A stretch of 64,000 nt of DNA from Felis catus (taxonomy: Eukaryota): positions 25,794,001 to 25,858,000 of the forward strand of contig NC_058368.1 in assembly GCF_018350175.1 (NCBI RefSeq), given 5' to 3'. This document shows, in pieces, positions 57,301 to 64,000 of the stretch (the stretch's first letter is position 1; each line of letters begins with the position of its first letter). Below the pieces are notes generated by a model. It saw only the letters and a list, made by a program, of their open reading frames with translations. It made no database searches and was not told the origin of the DNA. A program made the translations under genes and the position numbers.

Positions 57301-57554
57301 TAACAGCTGTTGTTACTGCTGTCATTGTCACCATCGCTATCTGCTGAGCCAAAAGGTCTCTGGTGCACGGTTGGAGGTTGTAAAGATGTGGACCGGCTGT
57401 TGAGTAAAATAGGGACCGAAGAACGTGAAAGTGTAAAAGTTTGCTGAGTGACCCTGGGGGATGCAGCTAAGACCAGGAGATAAAACTGTTAGCCTGTGTG
57501 ACCTTGTCCCCAAACAACCTAAAGGGACAGGCTTTGTTTTCTCTTCCTAGAGAG

Positions 57555-57650
57555 GACACTTGAGGTTCAGAGAATTCCAGTGACTTGCCTAGGGTCACAC
57601 ACCGGTAAGCTGGCAGGAACAAGTGATTTGACTCCAGCTCTGTCTTTTAA
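57555..57650 (-). mobile_element. MIR fragment
   Basis: tgaggttcagaga...agtgacttgcctagggtcacac. Confidence 0.75.
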
Positions 57651-57884
57651 CCACAATGGGGTACAAAACACACCACAAAGCAGCTCACAAACCAAACTGT
57701 CACCAGGCTCTAGAAGCTGTGGTTGCCAGGCAGCGATGGGGTTATCCGTGGTGCAGGGCAAGAACAAAAGACATAGGACAGACAGAAGGATCTGGCTTTG
57801 TGAAGCACTTCTGTGACAATGGCTGGTGGAAGTTTCCTCCAAGTGACAAAAGGCTAGTTCACATCTCACTGGAAACACAGTGCT

Positions 57885-58085
57885 TGTTTGTTTGTTTGTT
57901 TATTTATTTATTTATGGGGGAGGGCAAGTGGGGAAGGGGCAGAGAGAGGGGGGGACAGAGGATCGGTCAGAAGGGGGGTCCGTGCTGACAGCAGACAGCC
58001 CAACGCAGGGCTCAAACTCACGAACTGTGAGGTCATGACCTGAGCCGAGGTCAGACACTTAACCGACTGGGCCACCCAGGCGCCC
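57885..58085 (-). mobile_element. CanSINE
   Basis: Antisense. Confidence 0.92.
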
Positions 58086-58086
58086 A

Positions 58087-58255
58087 ATGTTCATTTATTT
58101 TTGAGAGAGAGAAAGCGAGCAAGGGACAGAGAGGATAGGAAGTGCGCTCAGCGCTGAAAGCAGAGAGCCTGATGCGGGGCTCAAACCCACGAACCTTGAG
58201 ATCACGACCTGAGCTGAACTCTGGTGCTTAACTGACTGAGCCACCCAGCCTTCCC
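58087..58255 (-). mobile_element. CanSINE
   Basis: Antisense, abutting the previous SINE. Confidence 0.9.
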
Positions 58256-58690
58256 ACAAAGCCAAATTCCGATGCATTCTGGTAAAGAAGGCTTTTGATA
58301 AATAGACCCTTTATTCAAGGACTTGGCTCAGCATTAAAGCTGATGGAACAGACAGAGTATATTATCTGGGATACATATATGGTGGGATCCAGCAGAGTGC
58401 CCAGCACACCGTGGTGATTAGCATGTGTTTGCTGAATGAATGTCTGATTAAGTGATGGCTCTGGAGGTGCGGTAAGAGGGCGGAGAAGACATTTGGAGGA
58501 TCCTTTAGAAATTAGTCTAACAGAGGCTTTTTCTCGAACATTTTAAAGTATTGGCACTACCTAGAAATTGCTTAAAATATCTGTAAAATTCTCACCTAAA
58601 CAATTGAAATCACTCGACCATATTAACTATCCTTCTAACAGCCAAGCCCCACCAGCTTCTAGACGGTAATGGCCCAGCTGGTTTAAATGG

Positions 58691-58730
58691 GTCTCCATGG
58701 TTACAGGCATGCTCTGGTTTCCATGGTTAC
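58691..58730. promoter_or_regulatory. Tandem RFX X-box motifs
   Basis: GTCTCCATGGTTAC (58691-58704) and GTTTCCATGGTTAC (58717-58730) in unique sequence. Confidence 0.55.
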
Positions 58731-59989
58731 ATTTCCCAGTCCCTTGCAGGAGTTAGATATATGTGAAATTTCAAAGGATTTTTTTTTTTTTTTCCCTCTC
58801 TCGCCAGCCTGCACAGAAATCTAGGGTCCGAAGGTCTGAGATGAAAGTTTCAGTGACCTCTTGGGAAGGAAAGGGGGAAATGGTAATAATATTTGCGACA
58901 GTTGCAATCTATCATTGAATGAGGAAGAAAGGATTCAATGGGGACCTATTGTGGCGGTAGAAAGATATCCCTATATCATGAGCCTGAGCATTTTGCTTAA
59001 TTAGTGGAGGAGGAAAACCGGGGTAAGGGAACAATACGCTCTTGTCTGGATCTGGCTCCCTGGGGGGAAGAGGGGACGTTGGCCAGAGGTGGAGGGGGAA
59101 TTCTGCCACATTAGAGTCCCTTTAGAGTGACCAATTCATCTCTCTGCCATGACAGCGCTGTAGCCTTCTTGTGTTGATTTCCCCCATGCTCCTCATTTCG
59201 AATCATCTCTCTTGGACCATTTTGGCTCAACCAGGCAGGCATCTGTTACAAGGCACCAGTCCAGGTCAAGACACTGTCATTGGAGCTGGCTTTTCTTGAC
59301 AGAGGGAGCCCAGGTGGAATTCTAGTGCCTCCTTGTGGCATCTCTAACATTTCTAGCTCTACCTTATCCTGTAGGAACCGCTCCCCCCGCCACCCCCCAA
59401 TGTTTTCCTGTTAGTATCTGGGAAGGAAAAATTGTCTTCCTCCATGGATTCACGTATCTCCATCCTTCTCTCCTTCCTTCTCACAAAGTTACAGGGTATC
59501 CATTACGTTTTGGCTAGGCCCTAGAAATAGTACTAAGAAAGAAGAGGATATTGCCTTCACAGAGTTCACCATGCGGTGTGGGGAAGGGGCAAAACAGGTG
59601 AATAGCTCCCGGTAATAAAAAAGCAAATGGGACCATGACAGAGGGAGGGACCCACCAGCTGGGGAAGCCGGGGAAGCTGTGAAACTGGAGTGCCTTTCTG
59701 AGCTGGATGTTCAAAGAACCAGTCCCTCAAAGATGAAGGATGAAGTAAAGACAATATTCCATTAAGCAGGGGATTCTGTCTTCAAAATAAACTGGAGTAC
59801 AAAATGTAGTAACACCCACCTTTATCTGGGCTCATATGCTCGCTACTCTGTGGTCAGAAGCAGGTACAAAGACAGTGCTGGTGGGAAAACCTGAGAAGGT
59901 GTCAGTAGTAGAGTCAATCCAGCACAGCACCATTGGCTGAGTTGGGTAGGCACCTCTTGGAAGGACCAGGTTGTTCCCTGGGCAGAAGG

Positions 59990-60800
59990 TGGGGTGTGTG
60001 AGTGAGCAGAGATGCACAAAAAGAGGCTGGGAGGGAGGCACAGACATACCCCCACCTGCAGCAGAGGCTTCGTGAGCTAGTCCGAAGACAGGGCACTTGA
60101 GTCTGAAGGCTAGGGAGTCATTGAAAGACTTTAAGTAGGGGAGAAACATAATCCAATTTATGAATTACAAAGGTTGTTCTAATGGTGTTGTGTTCATAAC
60201 TAAGTTCAAGAATGACTCCTGGGGTCTGGATCGGGAGACTTCATTGATGGTGGTGCCTGTTCACAGAAAGAGGGAATCTAGGGGTCCCTGGGTGGCTCAG
60301 TCAGTTAAGTGTTCAACTTTTCATTTCCACTCAGGTCATGATCTCACAGTTTGTGAATTCGAGCCCCGCATCAGACTCTATGCTGACAGTGAGGAGCCTG
60401 CTTGGGGTTCTCTCTCTCCCTTTCTTCTGCTCTCTCTCTCTCTTTCAAAAAAAAAAAAAAAAAAAAAAAAGAGGGAATCTAGGAGAGGTCGGAGCATGGA
60501 AGCTACACCTACTGGTCTCTTGTGTATTCTCCCAGAGATATTCTTTGCTTCTACAAGCATATTTCAATTTAAAGCCAATAATGAATTCTATTTGGTCATG
60601 TAGGGCCTAGGAGCATCACATGGATATGTCCAGCAAGCAGGGCATTTTGAATTAAAGAAAGCAGTCTGCCTGGAGATTTAGCTTTGAGGGTCATGGGTAT
60701 CTAGACAAAAAGCAAAATCATAGGAGAATAAGCAGAATGGGAAGAGAGGACAACTATGAGGAACAACTGTATTTAAGGGGGAAGTAGACAAAAAGACACC
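59990..60800 (-). mobile_element. L2 fragments
   Basis: agggagtcattgaaagactttaagtagggg...tggatatgtccagcaagcag. Confidence 0.65.
60281..60469 (+). mobile_element. CanSINE with long pure polyA
   Basis: TSD agagggaatctagg. Confidence 0.94.
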
Positions 60801-61086
60801 TGTGAAGGCCTGTAGTGGACATATGGGGCTGACTGTTCAACACTGGCCCTTCTTCTACAACTGCCCTCCCCCCCGCCATGTTTATTGAAGAAGCTGCCAT
60901 GTTATTTTGAATTGACATCCCCAAACCAATCCAGCCTAGTGAGCACCTAACACAGATTAGAACAGAAGTGTCTCTTCCATTCCAGCTACAGCTCACTGAT
61001 CCAGGGGTGGGCTGCTGACCCAAGCCACGCCTGAGTCCTCCCTAGAAATTATTATTTTTTAGGAGATAAAACATTTTTAAATTTCA

Positions 61087-61285
61087 GGGGCTCCTGGGCG
61101 GCTCAGTCCGTTGAGCAACCGACTTCCGCTCAGGTCATAATCTCGCGGTTCGTGAGTTCGAGACTCGCGTCCGGCTCGCTGCTGTCAGTGCAGAGCTCAC
61201 TTGGGATCCCCGTCCCCCTCTCTCTCTGCCCCTCCCCTGCTCATGCTCTCTTTGTGTCAAAAATAAGTAAACATTAAAAAAATTT
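61087..61285 (+). mobile_element. CanSINE
   Basis: Head/(CT)n/tail. Confidence 0.93.
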
Positions 61286-62029
61286 TTTCTTTTAATTTCA
61301 ATACCCAGCTCTAGCATTCATATACCCTGGCCTGGGGACAGGGTGGGGAGTACTCAGTTTTCCCTGTCCCCAAGGAGAGGGTAGATAGCTGAGTCACCCT
61401 TCACCCCCCCCCAAGTAAAGACCATCAGAAGGCCCAGATCCTGAGCTTTCAATATCAGGATCCAAATATGAGGGCTCACTCTCCCTCGAAGCTCAAACAA
61501 CCTTCAACCAGGAAGGCAAGTCTTCCGCTCCTTTGTCTCCTGTCCACCCTTAAGACACAAAGACCTTCTGTCTGGCTAAGCAGGCAGGTCTGCTGGTGAA
61601 CCCCAGGAGAATACAATCATCTTTCCGAATGTAGCAAGCGTACTAGGTCTCCGACGCCCCATCTTGGAGCACACTTGGGGTCAGTTTCTGGAGGTGTTGA
61701 TGCACGGGGGGCACTGAGGTTTTGCACAGCTCAAAGCCTTTCAAGAGGTGGACCTGGGAAGCTTCTATGGAGATGCTACCTGAGATGCTCACCTGCCAGC
61801 AGGCAATTTCTGCAGCACGGTCCCGCAGGCCATCTCCCTTCGTGTGACATCTGTGGGTCACGGGAGAGGAGGCGGTTGATGTGACTCACAGCCAAGGCCT
61901 AGAGCATGGCACCAGCCGTGATGAACTGCTCCAGTAGCCAGGGCCTGGAGTGGAGATGCGGGAGAGTCAGTTTGTCCTCCCTGGCAATTTGCGTGCTGAA
62001 ACGAAAGAAGGAGGCAGTGTTCTTGGTGT

Positions 62030-62300
62030 GGCTAAAGCTGTGAGATGTCCAATTCAACACTGTTAATGGCCACGCTCTTTTCCACATGGAGAAGATCAGC
62101 CTGTGGGGCCTGAGGTTGATGACACAGAAACTCATAGGGGAGCAGACTCAGAAAAGAAAGAGTCCGCAGGGCTGGAGACGCTGATTGCAGGCACCCTCAC
62201 CCTTCCTGAGCTCTGTGTTTACTTCTGAATGATGGGGAGTTTCTCCCACAAACGCCTCTTAATTTGAATTGGGCTTCTGACCTTTGCTGCATCCTAATAC
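62030..62300 (+). mobile_element. Old ERVL-type LTR 3' fragment (LTR33/16-like)
   Basis: ttaatttgaattgggcttctgacctttgc...cctaatac terminal motif. Confidence 0.45.
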
Positions 62301-62388
62301 TATAGAGTGACTTAGATGAAGCATAACAAAGGACAAAGGAGACAAAGCTAGGGAATAGGGTCACAGAAGTAAAAGGATATGGGTTTCT

Positions 62389-62603
62389 GGGGCACCTGGG
62401 TGGTTCAGTCGGTTAAGCGTCTATGGCTCAGGTCATGATCTCGCAGTTCGTGGGTTCGAGCCCCGCATCTGGCTCTGTGCTGACAGCTCAGAGCCTGGAG
62501 CCTGCTTCGGGTTCTGTGTCTCCCTCTCTCTCTGCTCCTTCCCTGCTCATGCTCTGTCATGCTCTCAAAAATAAATAAACATTAAAAAAAAATTAAAAAA
62601 AAA
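62389..62603 (+). mobile_element. CanSINE
   Basis: Head/(CT)n/tail. Confidence 0.95.
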
Positions 62604-62735
62604 TTTTTAATGTTCATTTATTTATTTAATGTTCATTTATTTATTTATTTATTTTCATGCTCTGTCATGCTCTCAAAAATAAATAAACATTAAAAAAAAT
62701 TAAAAAAAAATTTTTAATGTTCATTTATTTATTTA
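62547..62735. repeat. Near-identical ~82-bp direct duplication at a SINE tail-to-tail junction
   Basis: 62547-62628 vs 62655-62735 differ only in one A-run length. Confidence 0.92.
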
Positions 62736-62885
62736 GAGAGCAAGCAGAGGAGGGGCAGAGAGTGAGGGAGAGAGAGAATCTCAAGCACTGACGGTGCAGA
62801 GCCCTATTTGGGGATCAGTCTCAGGAACCATGAGATCATGACCTGAGCGGAAATCAAGAGTCAGACGCTTAACCGACGGTGTCCC
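62711..62885 (-). mobile_element. CanSINE
   Basis: Antisense. Confidence 0.9.
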
Positions 62886-62899
62886 TCTGCTGTATGTAA

Positions 62900-63830
62900 T
62901 TTTTATGAATATTCACAAGTTGTCAAAAAGGCCACACCACTTTACATCCTTCTAGCAATGTGGAGAACACATTTCCTACCACTCTTGCCAACAGGGTATT
63001 TTAATATTTTTTACTTTTGTGAATCTATTAACTGGAAAGCGACTTCTTACCGTAGTTTTAATTTGCATTTCTTTTTTATGAGCAAGGTTGAGTTTCTCTT
63101 CATATATTTAAGCTTAAACTATTTTATTTCTATGAATTGTGTTCATATTTGTTGCCCATTTATCTGTTGGCTTGTTGATTTTTTGTGGTTGTTGAATTAC
63201 TTTTTTTTGAGAGAGAGGGTGCAGGTGAGCAAGGGGCAGAGAGAGAGATGGGAGAGAGAGAGAATCCCATGAGGGGCAGAGAGGGAGAGAGAGAAGTGGG
63301 GCTCGAACTCACGAACCATGAGATCATGACCGAGCTGAAGTCCAATGTTTAACTGACTGAGCCACCCAGGTGCCCCATTGTTGAGTTTCTTATCGACTTC
63401 TGTCCGTTATTCAAATGCTAAGGAAATTATGCTTTTGTCTATGATGTGAGTTGCAAAATATTCATATGTCTTTTGACTGCTTTCTATACAGAATTTTTTT
63501 TTAATATTGTTCAATTTATCAACGCTTTATTTTAAGGCTTCTGGGTGTTAACTTATTTTTTGGCAATCCAATTCTGAGATTATAAAAGTAAATTCTCTCA
63601 CATTTTCTTCCAGTACTTTCATGGTTTCATTTTTTTGACATTATAAAATATGTGATCTGTCTGGAATTTGTTTTGGTCTACAGTGAGAGACAGAGATCTA
63701 ACCCAATTCTCCCCCTACATGTCTACCCAGGAGTCTCAACATCACTTACTGAGTAATCTATTTTCCTTCTCACTGACTTGAAATGCCTTCTTTGTATTTG
63801 TGTCTGTTTCAGAACTTTCTATGACAGATG
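62900..63830 (-). mobile_element. L1ME-like ORF2 fragment
   Basis: gtagttttaatttgcatttc...gagttgcaaaatatt...gtctgtttcagaactttctat. Confidence 0.85.
63201..63376 (-). mobile_element. CanSINE
   Basis: Antisense; TSD ttgttga. Confidence 0.92.
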
Positions 63831-63910
63831 AGCTTTAACCCCATTCCCAGCCCATTGTCCAACCAAGAAAGCTTCATTGTTGCCGTTTTATTTTTAAAAA
63901 TGGGAGAGCC

Positions 63911-64000
63911 GGGGCGCCTGGGTGGCGCAGTCGGTTAAGCGTCCGACTTCAGCCAGGTCACGATCTCGCGGTCCGTGAGTTCGAGCCCCGCGTCAGGCTC
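63911..64000 (+). mobile_element. CanSINE, young subfamily, cut by window edge
   Basis: ggggcgcctgggtggcgcagtcggttaagcgtccgacttcagccaggtcacg. Confidence 0.96.

Noticed and set aside
61640..62135. GC-richer unique stretch with overlapping ORFs, possibly an exon or retrogene
   Set aside because: No recognisable peptide in either strand, no polyA/TSD, and the 3' part looks like an old LTR.
9536..63345. Dozens of mutually similar ORFs (AQSV..LTSAQVMISR..SDSVSPSL and related frames) resembling a gene family
   Set aside because: All are translations of CanSINE copies.
1..64000. CRISPR array, operon or prokaryotic defence system
   Set aside because: The sequence is mammalian and repeat-dominated, with no regularly spaced repeat-spacer array or gene-dense segment.

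Overview
Mammalian, felid-type genomic DNA, identified by about 67 tRNA-derived carnivore SINEs (CanSINE/SINEC_Fc-like). I recognise no host protein-coding exon, rRNA, intact tRNA or CRISPR array. The window is intergenic or intronic, and nearly all ORF-track entries fall in SINEs, LINEs, LTRs or microsatellites. It is a layered repeat landscape: old L2/MIR/L1M/HAL1/MLT1/MER elements overprinted by carnivore L1, class-I ERV LTRs and young SINEs with target-site duplications (TSDs). The most unusual region is 28.3-34.4 kb, which has four ERV1-type insertions. One is a minus-strand deleted provirus with an Arg-tRNA primer-binding site and a Pol (RT-connection/RNase H) remnant, whose 5' LTR position is occupied by a 194-bp inverted repeat of two opposed LTR ends. 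Also notable: a CpG-rich solo LTR with stacked NRF1-type motifs, a young gammaretrovirus-like solo LTR, two paired RFX X-box sites, two ancient local duplications and one very recent duplication at a SINE-SINE palindrome. Repeat family names come from my recollection of consensus sequences, not a database search. Boundaries of old elements are approximate.
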